Source: Octopus vulgaris (lineage: Eukaryota). From it: a stretch of DNA of 64,000 nucleotides. The stretch spans positions 124,434,001 to 124,498,000 of the forward strand of contig OX597818.1 in the NCBI GenBank assembly GCA_951406725.2. The letters run 5' to 3'. Positions 1 through 12,610 of this stretch are shown in pieces (within the stretch, counting starts at the first letter, position 1; each line of letters begins with the position of its first letter). A program made the position numbers and the translations under genes. Below the pieces are notes generated by a model that saw only the letters and a list, made by a program, of their open reading frames with translations, had not been told where the DNA came from and did not search any database.

Positions 1-130
1 AAAAAAAAACCTTGAAGGCATTGCACTGATATGGCCGCAATCCAATGACGGCAAACAGTAAAATGAAAGAAAAGAATATATAATATCGCTAATAAATATT
101 TCAAAACTATACTCAGCATCTCTTTTATCT

Positions 131-336
131 CTTTTCTCTTTTACTTGTTTCAGTCATTTGACTGCGGCCATGCTGGAGCACCACCTTTTAATCGAGCAAC
201 TCGACCCCGGGACTTATTCTTTGTAAGCCCAGTACTTATTCTATCGGTCTCTTTTTGCCGAACCGCTAAGTGACGGGGACATAAACACACCAGCATCGGT
301 TGTCAAGCAATGCTAGGGGGACAAACACAGACACAA

Positions 337-403
<67 letters not shown>

Positions 404-528
404 CGACAGGCTTCTTTCAGTTTCTGTCTACCAAATCCACTCACAATCCAAGATGCCACGCAGTGGGACTGAACCCGGAACCATGTGGTTGGTTAGCAAG
501 CTACTTACCACACAGCCACTCCTGCGCC
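131..528 (-). mobile_element. tRNA-derived SINE, family A (internal deletion)
   Basis: Minus-strand head GGCGCAGGAGTGGCTGTGTGG (A box) ... GGTTCAGTCCC (B box), internal (TA)/(TG) microsatellite, tail ending ATGACTGAAACAAGTAAAAGAG; near-identical to many other copies in the window. Confidence 0.9.
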
Positions 529-1732
529 ATCTTGTATTATGTAGATGCATGTTTCTGTTACATTGCTAATATATTAATTTACATTGGCACAAGCCTGTAG
601 ACACCTGGCAGAAACAGAATGATACTGTGTCATGCTCATGATCATACTTTCAAGGGTATTAGTGACGCAAGTAGTAGTGATGTAGTTAGAAATTGTTACT
701 GGAAATGGGTCATGGATTAGGATTGCCGGGAGCTTATCTCTCTATGATCGCTACTATTGTTGGTATGACAAAGGCTGAAGAGTTTCTGATTAAGTCTATT
801 TTTACTTTAATTAGTTTGTATTCAAATATTCACATCTAATGGGAATTGATTTACCGTTACATACCCTGATAAAATATGTTCCTATGTGTATGTGTGTGTG
901 TGTGTGTGTGTGTGCTTGTATGTATGTATGTATGTATGTATGTATGTATGTATATGATGGTTTCGATGTATGTGCTTGAAGGAGAGGGCTTAAAAAAAGT
1001 AATAGAAAGAAGAAAAAAAAAAAACTAAGAAGCTGCTTCTATTTGTGATGGATGCATGAATGTAATTTCATTCATGGATGTTGGGGACATTGATGATTTT
1101 GATTTTGCCTGGGATTGGGCAGATGTGTCTGTCGATTGTGAGTTATAGTTCTTCTGTTCTTTTTCTCCAATTCAAATTGTTTGGATACAGATTGATCTTG
1201 GCAATGACTTTCTCAAGTTGTCAAGATAAGCTGTAGAGATTTTAGTGATTGCCTCGACCTATCCTTATCCTTATATTGAGATAAAGATAAGATGAGAAAA
1301 AAAAAAAACATACTAGTCTTTGGTTATTGGAATGTAAGAACTTGACAAGACAGCAAAGACCAGCCTTGAATGAAAAACAGTCCTAATTGCAAAGGTAATC
1401 ATCTCTTATAACATCAATATTGCTGCCTACTTGAAACTAGGCTTGCAGATACTGGTGAATTAGAGGAAGCTGGAAGGGGTTATACTTTTTTTTTTTTAGT
1501 GTAAAGCTAGCAGATGAACCAAAATTTCATGGTGTATGTATATATCTTCACTATTATGAATTAAGTTTCTAAAATGGATAAAGAAATTTGAAGGGTTGCT
1601 TTGGTCCAGTAGTTGAACACCTGTCATGTTTATGGAAGATGTGGACTAAAATCTCATGGGTAACCTTCAGCTTTTTCTGTCCAGAGGGATTTTTAACCCA
1701 ATATTTACATTCTATTATTTATATCTTCATTT

Positions 1733-1945
1733 AAGGTGGCAAGCTAACAGAATTGTTAGCATGCCAGGCAAAATGCTTAGCAGTATTTCATTCATCTTTA
1801 AGTTCTGAGTTCAAATTTCACCGAGGTCAACTTAGCCTTTCATTTCTTTGAGGCCAATAAAATAAGTATCAGTTGAGCACTGGGGTTTGTGTAATGAACT
1901 TAACCACTCCTCAAAATTACCATTGACTACATTGTCTTATATGCC
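1733..1945 (+). mobile_element. tRNA-derived SINE, family B (diverged)
   Basis: AAGGTGGCAAGCTAACAGAATTGTTAGC head, GAGTTCAAATTTC B-box-like motif, GGTCAACTTAGCCTTTCAT core shared with other B copies. Confidence 0.8.
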
Positions 1946-2374
1946 CCTTTATGTTTGAGATGGTGAGGTATGATTTTAAGGAAGATTTTTCTACACTTTC
2001 TTGCAGATTGAGCTAATGGCTAGAGGACTACCACCTACTAGTTCATTTAGCATTTAGCTAGTACTTTTATGCTCTGAGTTCAAATACTATTTGTGCCTTT
2101 TGACATTTTGCAATTGATAAAAATAAATACCAGCCCAATATAGTAGTCAACTTAGTCTACCATGTCCTCCTCTTCCACCAGAATATATGGCCTTATGCCA
2201 TTCTGTGACAAACTGTTAACTAAATATACACCTCATATAACAAAGAAATGCTGGCTCAAAAGAAAAGAATAGAAAAGCTGAACACCAGTGGAGATGGTGG
2301 TGATAGCGGTGATTAATAGTGGGTATGCTACAAAGGGTTTAGGAGCTGGAGTGTTGCAGTCAAATAAGTGGTAT

Positions 2375-2925
2375 GATGATGATGAAGATTGGTGATGAAG
2401 ATAGTAGTTGATAGCAATGGTTTTGACTGCTGCTACTAGTAGTGGTTGTTGATGGTGGTGGTGGTGGTGGTGGTGGTGGTGGTGGTGGTGGTGGTGGTGG
2501 TGGTGGTGGTGGTGGTGGTGGTGGTGGCAGTGGTGGCAGTGGCGGCAGTAGCAGTGGTGGCAGTGTTGTGTCGGTGGTGGTGGTGGTGGTGGTGGTGGTG
2601 GTGGTGGCAGCGGTGGTGATGGTGATGTTTGTACTATTGACAACTTGCATAACAAGAACAGTAAAGCAACTGATGATGATGATGATGATGATGATAAAAG
2701 TGGCAGTATTGATAAAATTAACTTTGGATGTTGCAATGGTTGTGGTGAGTGATGATGATGATGTTATTGAAAATTTGTATAATGACAATGACAGTGAACA
2801 TGCCGATATAATGATGGTGGTGGTGGTGGTGGTGGTGGTGGTGATGATGATGATGATGATGATGATGATGAGGAGGAGGAGGAGGAGGACGAAAAAGAAG
2901 ATGGGAAGGACGACTGATGACAATA
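2375..2925. repeat. Compound trinucleotide microsatellite (GGT/GAT/GGA)n
   Basis: Long GGT, GAT and AGG runs seen directly. Confidence 0.95.
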
Positions 2926-3377
2926 TAGCGCTACTTTCCAGATGCTGAAGGTTAAACTAGTTAAATACTCTGATGGATATTAATCCAAATCTGAAATTGA
3001 TAAAGAATATACCACATGGCCTTCTCTGTATTGACTGGACTTGAAAGCTTAAGGAACAAGCTCGTGCTTACATATACACACATATAAGTTGAATATGTGT
3101 ATGGGTGTATATATATATATATATATATACACACGTCCAGACCTCTCATACGCACTAATACTCTCTCATACACACACACATACACTCTTCTCATACACAT
3201 ACACACACTCTTCTCATACACACACACACACTCTTATGTTGGAGCGAGGTCATTTAACCCTAGTTAAATACTCTGATGGATATTAATTCTGGCCGAAATC
3301 AGATCGCCATGTTGATTCGCTAGCCTCTGCACGCATATTTTTTTTCTCTCCTTCTTTCTGTGTTTTTTCTCTGTGTA

Positions 3378-3415
3378 TCTTTCTGTTGAAGAGCGTAGGC
3401 TCGAAATGTTAAAGA
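3378..3415 (+). ncRNA. Degenerate minimal type-I hammerhead ribozyme motif (PLE-type)
   Basis: TCTTT-CTGTTGA-A-GAGC(GTAG)GCTC-GAAA-TGTT-AAAGA: stems I and II pair; core has A6>T. Confidence 0.55.
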
Positions 3416-4188
3416 CTTGTTTTATTTATATTTCCTGAGCGCCATATAAGATGAATATGTGTATGGGTATATACATATATATATATATATAAACTACTCT
3501 ACAAATAGAGATAAGAAAACAACGTTGGTCATCAAGTGTTATGAAAAATAACCCGAAAACAAGACATCCATTCTGGGTGAGATGGCGTTATCTCCCGTTG
3601 ACAGGTTCCGGTTACATCTGAAACTGGCCAGCACATGTACACTTTTTATCTGTTAGTTGGCAAGTGGGGAATTCCATTTTTTCAACATGAATTTCTTCTG
3701 ATGCGGGCACTGACTCAACACATCACTTTTGGTGTTTATATATATATATATAATGCAAATGGGTTAATAATTTTTCAGTAGAACTTTGTGAAAGACAATA
3801 TATATCTTGCTAACAACAACTGCATTGTTTCTGTATCTGTGTCCATGACGCATAACTCCCAAAAGTCACACCCATCTAGCTGTATAGAGATATCATAAAC
3901 TAGCACCAGTTTAGTGCAATTCTATGAATTTTCTTGTGCTAAGTTTACCTCCTGTAGCTATAAATATCATTATTTCATCTGGATACGCTGTTCATCCACT
4001 TATACTATTTACCACATGAATGCATGCAAATGCATATGTACATGAAACATAGGCTATAAAAAACCCTCTAGCAATGTTTTTGGTCTAAAATTGTTCTGCC
4101 AATGTTGCGTAATTTCATTTGATTTTTTATTTCCAAACATGTATGTGTATAATTCATACATATATACATCATACATATATATGTATGT

Positions 4189-4223
<35 letters not shown>

Positions 4224-5185
4224 TATATATTGTTGTGTTGTGTAGGTAGTTAGGGTAAATCGCAGCTGTTTCCTCTTGAAGCAAATCTACTTATTCCATT
4301 ATTACTATCCAATTTGTAGTCTTAGTTACTGTTGTGTGTTAGTTCGAAATATGTATTAAAATTGAGAATTATAGAAATATTGTTTGCAGAGTTATTGTAT
4401 AATAAAGCAGGAAATGAGAATTTGGGGGGAATTATTTATTCACCATTGCACATGTTTCATTTGCAAAGTTTTACATGTTAAATAGACACATAAGGAATTT
4501 CCTATAAGAAATTCTTCAGACAGAGAAATTAAATGATAATTATAATACATCTAGTTGTAGGTGTAAGCAAAATCATATGGATAAGACCTCTGCTATACAA
4601 CCATGCAGCTCTATTGTCAATCTTACCGTCTGACATTTTGGGCAAGTAGCTTCTGCAATAAACTTCAAGTTGACCAATGTTTTGTGAGTGGAATTTAGTA
4701 AACAGAAGCTGTCTGGAGGCCCATCTTATGTGCATGCATGTATATTATGTTCATTGAATACACAACTTTGTCCAAAATTATCCTATTCATTTTATATTTT
4801 GTTTTTCGGGGTTTTTTTTTTTTGTATTTTCTTATTAGTTTTTCTAACAGGTAGTTTGGAACAAGAAATTCCTAATTTCATATTCCAACATTCCAGACCT
4901 TCATAGTCTCATTTCCAAGAATTGAATAGATTTGGCATCAGCATTGCTTCTTTGTTACTGGTTGAATTCATGTAAATTTTTCTGCCAAAGGATTATTTGA
5001 CCGTTTAAGCTTCTACATCAGCAATCCTGTGTTAATTTGTTCTGTTGTGGCTAAATTTTTGCCTGGTAGGTTTTCATGCTAGTAACCACATCTTCATTTT
5101 TCTTTATTTTATTGTTCCAAAACCAATTGTAAAAACTAATAAGAAAACAAAAGGTCTTAAATAAAATAAATAAGCTTTATTATTA

Positions 5186-5363
5186 CTAGGTTGAGAAAAA
5201 AGTTTGTTTGCCACGTTAAAATAATGATTTTTTATGCAAGAATTTATTCAAAAACAACGACTGTTCTTCAAAATAAAGACCATCATTTTCCACAACCTTC
5301 TGCCAATATCTGCAAGCTTTTGGATTTAGTCAAACCACCAATCCTTCGGCTTTGAATTGAAAA
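5186..5363 (-). mobile_element. mariner end fragment (one TIR plus transposase 3' end)
   Basis: TA|CTAGGTTGAGAAAAAAGTTTG TIR; near-identical to 12610-12791. Confidence 0.85.
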
Positions 5364-5494
5364 TAAACTTGAACACAGACATATATTTATTTAAATATGC
5401 ACCAAAAGAGCTATCTCCATATATATACATGAGAAACAGACCTGCAATGGAAAAGGCATGATTGATGAGGTTGCATATGGCAGCAAAAGGACTT

Positions 5495-6147
5495 TAAGCC
5501 TTTACCATTTAGACTGGCCAGATCTGGCCTCTCACACCTACCTAACAATGTCATTCTGGAAATAAGCAATCCATCATTTAAATTTCAAAGGTATGAGATA
5601 ATGCATGATTGATTTCAAACAAAGAGTCCAGAAGCTGGCTACCAGCATGGTTCTTGGTCTCAAGCATTTGTCTTATGAAGAAAGGCTGAAGACGCTCGAC
5701 GTTTATTCTCTAGAAAAACGCCGCCGCCGTGGTGATCTCATTCTTGCTCATAACATCATAAGCGGAAAGTGTAACCTCTCGAAAGAGCTGTTCTTCACTC
5801 CTGCTCCAGAGCATCGGCTGCGGGGTCACTCCGAAAAGCTCTATCTGCGACGATTTCATCTCAATCGAAGGAGAGGGGTTTTCTCCGTCTAGGTTGCGGA
5901 TCCGTGGAATAAGCTGCCGGACGAGATAGTGAAGATGCCGACGACCACTCGGTTCAAAATCTCCCTTGACCACAAATGGCCTGAATTCTTTGCATGAACA
6001 CCACCCTGTACATAACTCCATGTCCCCCTACATGGCCTTGCTTTTTGCTTTTTGAGCCAAATAATTAACTTAACTTAACTTAACTTAAACAATGTTAATA
6101 AATAAGTATTACATTTGACAGAGTAATCTGAAAGCTAAAAGGTTTAA
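5495..6147. mobile_element. Non-autonomous TTAA-bounded (piggyBac-like) MITE interrupted by a CR1-like insertion
   Basis: TTAAGCCTTTACCATTTAGA ... TCTGAAAGCTAAAAGGTTTAA imperfect terminal inverted repeats; split at AAACAA. Confidence 0.55.
5623..6086 (+). mobile_element. 5'-truncated CR1-like LINE (ORF2 C-terminus, 3'UTR, (TAACT)n tail)
   Basis: RVQKLATSMVLGLKHLSYEERLKTLDVYSLEKRRRRGDLI...RGHSEKL...FSV*VADPWNKLP...; in-frame TAG at 5890; AAACAA duplicated at 5617-5622 and 6087-6092. Confidence 0.9.
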
Positions 6148-6958
6148 AAAAAACTTTGACAAACTTAGTTGATCAATTGATTAACCAAATAATTACTTAA
6201 ACAATCGATTAGTTAATCGGTTAACTAATTGACTAATGAAAATACAGCAGTGACACAGAACCAGTGTATATGACTATTATTAGCATACTAATCCTCCAGA
6301 GGAAAAAACAATATACGAATATATTACATGCGTTTATAAATATTTATATATAAAAAGTCAAACATTAAATTAAAGAATCTCTCGATACTTTTCAGAAAAG
6401 TACTATATTTATATTATTCTAGAAGACGAAAATGTTGGCAACATTTTAAAGTTGCATTGTGAAAGCTAGATGGCAAAAACTTTGAAGTAACTATCAACCT
6501 TGTAAGATTGTATGTTTACATATATATACGTACATATATATATACACAACACACATGCTCATGCATGTGTGTGTGTGTGTGTAAGATTCTTAAGGATTTA
6601 CCTAACTTTCATGTCATTCAAATAGTGTAGTAAACAATTTGAAACACAGGTAAGGTAAATAAATCATTGATAATACATCTTCATTCATTATGTTCTTTCC
6701 CTCTCTATCTCTCTCTGTCCTCTCTCTCTCTCTCTCTCCCTGTATGCATGTATACATATATTTCTACAATTAAAAAATCTTTATTGCTTCTAACCTTACA
6801 GCAGTCAGGAACAATCATATCTTAGTCAGTCAGTGGAAGGACTTCACTACTTCATATGTTCTTAAAATTTAAATCCACATCTTTGTCTATATATCTACCT
6901 TCTCTATAATGTTGCCACTTGATTTGAAAATTTTTGTATTAATGGAAAACCTCTATAA

Positions 6959-7044
6959 TTGGCTGATGAGTACTCAGCATCTTAAATCTGTTGTAATACT
7001 TACAACATTTAATAAAATGATGTAGTACGAAACGATCGTACCAA
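6959..7044 (+). ncRNA. Intact type-I hammerhead ribozyme
   Basis: TTGG-CTGATGA-GTACT...AGTAC-GAAA-CGATCG-TA^CCAA: complete core, stem I TTGG/CCAA, stem II GTACT/AGTAC extended by TGTTGTAA/TTACAACA, palindromic stem III ACGATCGT, GUA cleavage triplet. Confidence 0.85.
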
Positions 7045-7096
7045 ATTACTGGAGTCATTCTTTTGCTTATTTTGAGTATATATATATATATATATA

Positions 7097-7495
7097 CTCT
7101 TTTACTCTTTTACTCTTTTACTTGTTTCAGTCATTTGACTGCGGCCATGCTGGAGCACCGCCTTTAATCGAGCAATTCGATCCCGGGACTTATTCTTTTG
7201 TAAGCCCAGTACTTATTCTATCGGTCTCTTTTGCCGAACTGCTAAGTAACGGGGACATAAACACACCAGCATCGGTTGTCAAGCAATGCTAGGGGGACAA
7301 ACACAGACACACATACACTCATATATATATACATATATACGACGGGCTTCTTTCAGTTTCCGTCTACCAAATCCACTCACAGGGCTTTGGTCGGCCCGAG
7401 GCTATAGTAGAAGACACTTGCCCAAGGTGTCACGCAGTGGGACTGAACCCGGAACCATGTGGTTGGTAAACAAGCTACTTACCACACAGCCACTC
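7097..7495 (-). mobile_element. SINE family A, near full length
   Basis: Matches the family A consensus from head to tail. Confidence 0.92.
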
Positions 7496-7504
7496 ATATA
7501 TTTT

Positions 7505-7826
7505 CATTTAGTTATTTCAGTCATTCGACTCTGACCATATTGGAGCACCTTGAAGGGGCTTAGTCAAACAAATCAAATCCAGGAGTTATTTTTTAAAGCC
7601 TAGTACTTATTCTATCGGTTTCTTTTGCCAAGCCACTAAGTTACGGGGGGGGTGTAAACACACAAACACCAGTTATCAAGCGATGATAGGGGGACAAACA
7701 CAGATGCAGAGACACACACACACACCTGAAGCTATAGCTGAAGACACTTGCCCAAGGTGCCATGCAGTGGGACTGAAACAGAACCAGGTGGTAGGGAAGT
7801 AAGCTTCTTACCACACAGCCATACAT
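7505..7826 (-). mobile_element. SINE family A, diverged and deleted
   Basis: Diverged tail and head of family A with the central part missing. Confidence 0.75.
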
Positions 7827-8064
7827 GTAGTGTATATAAATATATTTGCCTGTGTTTATATTGCATCCCTTTATGTCTTGTAACCTAGCAGTCTAACAAA
7901 TAGGAATTGATAAAATACATATTAGACTGAAATATGTATGATCAACTAAACCTTTCAGGGTGCCTCTCCAGCATGGGTATAGTTCAGTGACAAAAAGCAA
8001 TAACAGAATAGAATATATATGTGCATGTACACATATATAGATATGTATATATATGCTTTTATCC

Positions 8065-8265
8065 ATTTACTTGTTTCAGTCATTTGACTGCGGCCATGCT
8101 AGAGCACCGCCTTTATTCGAACAAATTGCACTCAAGACTTATTCTTTTGTAAGCCTAGTACTTATTTTATCGGTCTCTTTTGCTGAACCGCTAAGCTACA
8201 TGGACATAAACACATCAACATCAGTGGTCAAGCTATAGTGGAGGGGGGCAAACATAGACACACAA

Positions 8266-8315
<50 letters not shown>

Positions 8316-8523
8316 GAAAGAAGCCCATCGTGTATATATACATGACGGACTTCTTTCTACCAAATCCACCTACCAAATCCATCTACCAAATCCACTCACA
8401 AAGCTTTAGTTGGCCCAAGGCTTTAGTAGAACACACTTGCCCAAGGTGCCACACAGTGGGGACTGAACCTGGAACCATGTGATTGGGAAGCAAGCTTCTT
8501 ACCACACAGCCATGCCTGCACCT
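8065..8523 (-). mobile_element. SINE family A
   Basis: Family A consensus with local triplication of CTACCAAATCCA. Confidence 0.88.
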
Positions 8524-8533
8524 ATATATATGC

Positions 8534-8675
8534 AGTGGTTGGCGTTAGAAAGGGCATCCAGCCATAGAAACACTGCCAGATCAGACTGGGCCTGATGCAG
8601 CCTTCTGGCTTCACAGACCCCAGTTGAACCGTCCAACTCATGCTAGCATGAAAAGCGGACGCTAAATGATGATGA

Positions 8676-8680
<5 letters not shown>
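8534..8680 (+). mobile_element. Family C 3' end (RTE-LINE 3'UTR-like) with (GAT)n tail
   Basis: GTGGTTGGCGTTAGAAAGGGCATCCAGCC...GGACGCTAAATGATGATG; same sequence ends the RTE fragment at 24660-25512. Confidence 0.85.
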
Positions 8681-8717
<37 letters not shown>

Positions 8718-8974
8718 TGTGTGTGTGTGTATATATATCTAAATATATAAGACAGAGATATATAGATATATATACATGCATACATACATACATATTTATG
8801 TATACATATATACATACATATACAGATATATACACATGCATATACATATATACATATATGTGTGTGTGTGTGTACATGATATATAAGAGAGGGATATATA
8901 GATATATACATACATATATATCATAGACATGCACACAGTCAATGTTTATTATTATTTATAGGATAAGCATAGAG

Positions 8975-9092
8975 TGGACCGCAATTTTGTTCAATCGACC
9001 TTTCAGTAGACCATACACATCAACAGTTTGATAAGAAAATCCACTGATGTGTACAGTCAACCAAAAGGTTGATTGAACAAAACTGTTATCCA
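8975..9092. mobile_element. Short fold-back element / MITE
   Basis: Arms TTTTGTTCAATCGACCTTT...TACACATCA and TGATGTGTA...AAAGGTTGATTGAACAAAA are reverse complements. Confidence 0.6.
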
Positions 9093-9229
9093 GAATGTAA
9101 TTCCTGTTTACCTTCACATAAATAAACATATCTCAGATTCTACACACATCTAACATAAGGTTATATTAAGCACTTTGCTTTCATATTTTTGTCTACCAGA
9201 ATAAACAGAACTCACACAAACGTATACAG

Positions 9230-9530
9230 ACTCACGCGCACACACACATACACACACATACAAATATATATACATATAAATATATAAACCAATTTGTGAG
9301 AATATGTGCATATATATGTATATATATATATATGTGTGTGTGTGTGTATATATATATGTATATATGTATATATATACGAATGTATGTATGTATGTGTATG
9401 CACACAAATTGCTTTCCAGTTATTGGTTATTATTTTGTAAGAATTTTCCATAAAACTCATTGTTTGTTGTGCTATGTGGAAAAAACATGATATAACCAAT
9501 TATGGCATGAAGGCATCCATATATATTTAT

Positions 9531-9563
<33 letters not shown>

Positions 9564-9570
9564 CACACGT

Positions 9571-9608
<38 letters not shown>

Positions 9609-9610
9609 GT

Positions 9611-9660
<50 letters not shown>

Positions 9661-9675
9661 ATGAATATATGTGTG

Positions 9676-9748
<73 letters not shown>

Positions 9749-9847
9749 ACACTCACACATGCATATATTTGAATACTGACTCTATGATTGAATCAACTGT
9801 TCCAATCAGAACTTTCCTCAGGAGCTGAATATCATGTAATACACACA

Positions 9848-9897
<50 letters not shown>

Positions 9898-9926
9898 CAT
9901 GCTCTCTCTCTCTCACTCTTTCTCTT

Positions 9927-9961
<35 letters not shown>

Positions 9962-10090
9962 GACATACACACTCACACATGCACACACACACACACACAC
10001 ACACACACTCATGCTCTCTCTCTCTTTCTTACTCTCTCTCTCTCTCTCTGACATACACATGCACACACACACACACACACACATTCCCAC
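9230..10090. repeat. Dinucleotide microsatellite cluster (TA/CA/CT)n
   Basis: Seen directly; includes a duplicated CA-CT block at 9840-10085. Confidence 0.95.
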
Positions 10091-10594
10091 ACAAACTCTT
10101 CTTCTTCAGGGCTTACACACACTTATTACGTAAGTACAAGTGCACTATAAATCTCTGATGATGACACGATAAATGTATTTTATCTGATGCACTAACGTGA
10201 TAAATAGAATCAGTTGCTTGAGATTTCTTCTTCAGATAAGTTCATTAATGGTTCAATAGCTCCAATGGCACTTATTCCAAATAGGTTACTGAACTGGCTC
10301 ACAAACATTTAAATGTTTCTATCCAAAGACTGAACAAAACATTCTCTTGCAAATTGGAACTCTTACCACATGAGCTGGTTGCAATATTTTCTGCTTATTT
10401 CAGCTTTTTGCCTCAAGCTCAAATATACACATACATGCACATAAGTGTACACATAAGGTTTACGCTGAGAGACGATACTCAGAATAGGCAGTAGGTATTA
10501 ATATTGTAAGTTGTTTATCTGAATGACTTGCTACTATTACACAATATGTCAAAATATTTTGGTATGGTATATTTACATCTCTATATGTATACAC

Positions 10595-10711
10595 TGGCCT
10601 GCTCGCTTAGCCAGCGGGGTGGCGTCATTCGAAGGCTAAAACAATGCGAACGCATTGTGACCAGCGATGTGTAACAACATCTGATGGTCTGGTCGGTCAC
10701 GTGATCACGTG
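10595..10711 (+). mobile_element. 5'-truncated retroposon 3' end (RTE-derived tail) with 10-bp TSD
   Basis: TSD ATGTATACAC at 10585-10594 and 10712-10721; tail TGTGACCAGCGATGTGTAACAACATCTGAT matches 36344-36392 and 45326-45368. Confidence 0.75.
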
Positions 10712-10718
10712 ATGTATA

Positions 10719-10763
<45 letters not shown>

Positions 10764-10784
10764 ATGCAAATGTATGTACATATA

Positions 10785-11163
10785 CTCCTTTACTTGTTTC
10801 AGTCATTTGACTGCGGCCATGCTGGAGCACTGCCTTAAGTCGAGCAAATCGACCCCGGGACTTATTCTTTGTAAGCCCAGTACTTATTCTATCGGTCTCT
10901 TTTACTGAACCGCTAAGTGACGGGGACGTAAACACACCAGCATCGGTTGTCAAGCAATGCTAGGGGGACAAACACATACACACATATATATATACATATA
11001 TACGACAGGCTTCTTTCAGTTTCCGTCTACCAAATCCACTCACAAGGCATTGGTCGGCCCGGGGCTATAGCAGAAGACACTTGCTCAAGATGCCACGTAG
11101 TGGGACTGAACCCGGAACCATGTGGTTGGTTAGCAAGCTACTTACCACACAGCCACTCCTGCA
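10785..11163 (-). mobile_element. SINE family A
   Basis: Full family A consensus. Confidence 0.92.
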
Positions 11164-11331
11164 TACATTCACACACACCGCTTAGCTGGTCTTTTAAAAG
11201 GCTTCACAGTCAAGTGAGTTATTTAGGATCTTTGCCTGCTCTGTCCTCTTTTAGGATTCCAGAAAGATGTCATGCCACATTCTTGACCAGTCATATGTGG
11301 CACCTTAAGGGTAAAGGTACTTAAGCAATTA

Positions 11332-11503
11332 AAGGCGGCGAGCTAGCAGAAATTTTAGCGTGCCGGGCGAAATGCTTCATGGTATGTCGTCTGTCGTAAC
11401 GTTGTGAGTTCAAATTCCGCTGAGGTCGACTTCGCCTTTCATCCTTTCGGGGTCGATAAATTAAGTACCAGTTACGCACTGGGGTCGATATAATCGACTT
11501 AAT
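11332..11503 (+). mobile_element. SINE family B
   Basis: AAGGCGGCGAGCTAGCAGAA...GAGTTCAAATTCCGCTGAGGTCGACTTCGCCTTTCATCC. Confidence 0.88.
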
Positions 11504-11564
11504 ACCTTAAAAATTTGCTGGCAAGACCATTCTAATAGATTATTATTATTAATAGATTATTATA

Positions 11565-11600
<36 letters not shown>

Positions 11601-11610
11601 GTTATTGTTA

Positions 11611-11665
<55 letters not shown>

Positions 11666-11668
<3 letters not shown>

Positions 11669-11885
11669 AGCAGTGAGCTGGCAGAATCATTAGGATGCTG
11701 GGCAAAATGCTTAGCAGCATTTCATCTGTCTTTACTTTCTGAGTTCAAATTCAGTTAGAGCCAACTTTACATTCCATCCTTCCAGGGTCAATAAAATAAG
11801 TACCAGTCAGGTGCTGGGGTCAATGTAATCAACTATTCCTTTCTCCCAAGCTTTCAGGCCTTGTGTCTATAGTAGAAAGGATTAT
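11666..11885 (+). mobile_element. SINE family B in (ATT)n tract
   Basis: Family B consensus, preceded by long (ATT)n and ending GTAGAAAGGATTATT. Confidence 0.85.
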
Positions 11886-11897
11886 TGCTATTATTAT

Positions 11898-12290
11898 TGA
11901 GTGAGAGAGCAGTGCATGCCATCAAAGTGACACTGGAGTACAAATACATGAAGCCCAATATACCCATCATGACTATTAGTCTAATAAGAGTACACCAGGC
12001 ACATGCATCACAACCATATGTGCACAACATGGTGATCTCATATCAAGGTAAACAGGAGGGGCCCAGTTAAAATAGTCCATCCTGTTCAAAAGGTCCCTGA
12101 ATAAGGGTTGTTTAAGGATGTTGAATGAAGTTTCCAGAGGTGAATTATTCAAACCCCAAAGAATTCCTCTCAACTCATGGCTATGATGATCCCCCATTAC
12201 TTCTGCTCATGATCAGAGATGCACATATCATCAAGCAAATCTGTGGTATTGAACAGAATATTTGCTGTAACCCATCTTCTATATCAAGAC
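11898..12290. repeat. Unclassified interspersed repeat, family D
   Basis: TATTCAAACCCCAAAGAAT...ATGATCAGAGATGCA...GAACAGAATATTTGCT shared with 17050-17700; the GAACAGAATA part also recurs at 22135-22380. Confidence 0.7.
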
Positions 12291-12361
12291 AAAATATATA
12301 CATAACACTTATTATTATTATTATTATTAATGTTGTTGTTGTTGTTGTTGTTGTTGTTATT

Positions 12362-12575
12362 AAGGTGGCAAGCTGGCTGAATCATTAGCCTGTCAAGCAA
12401 AGTGCTTAGAAGTATTTCGTCTGCAGCTATATTCAGAGTTCAAATTCTACCAAGTTTGACTTCGCTTTTCAACCTTTTGAGGTCAATAAATTAAGTACAA
12501 GTGAAGCACTGGGGTCGATGTAATTGACTAGTCCTCTCCCATCAAATTTCAGACCTTGTGCCTTTAGTAGAAAGA

Positions 12576-12580
<5 letters not shown>
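12362..12580 (+). mobile_element. SINE family B
   Basis: Family B consensus between (GTT/ATT)n tracts. Confidence 0.85.

Positions 12581-12609
<29 letters not shown>

Positions 12610-12610
<1 letters not shown>

Noticed and set aside
300-600. Recurrent MSSNARGTN / MLGGQTQ ORFs
   Set aside because: Antisense translations of SINE family A, repeated in each copy
2233-2948. Pro/His/Gly/Thr-rich ORFs
   Set aside because: Translations of GGT/GAT microsatellite, open in several frames on both strands
10149-10226. Possible decayed hammerhead (AAATCT-CTGATGA...GAATCAGTTG...AGATTT)
   Set aside because: GAAA, stem II closure and cleavage triplet are all missing; too degenerate to call
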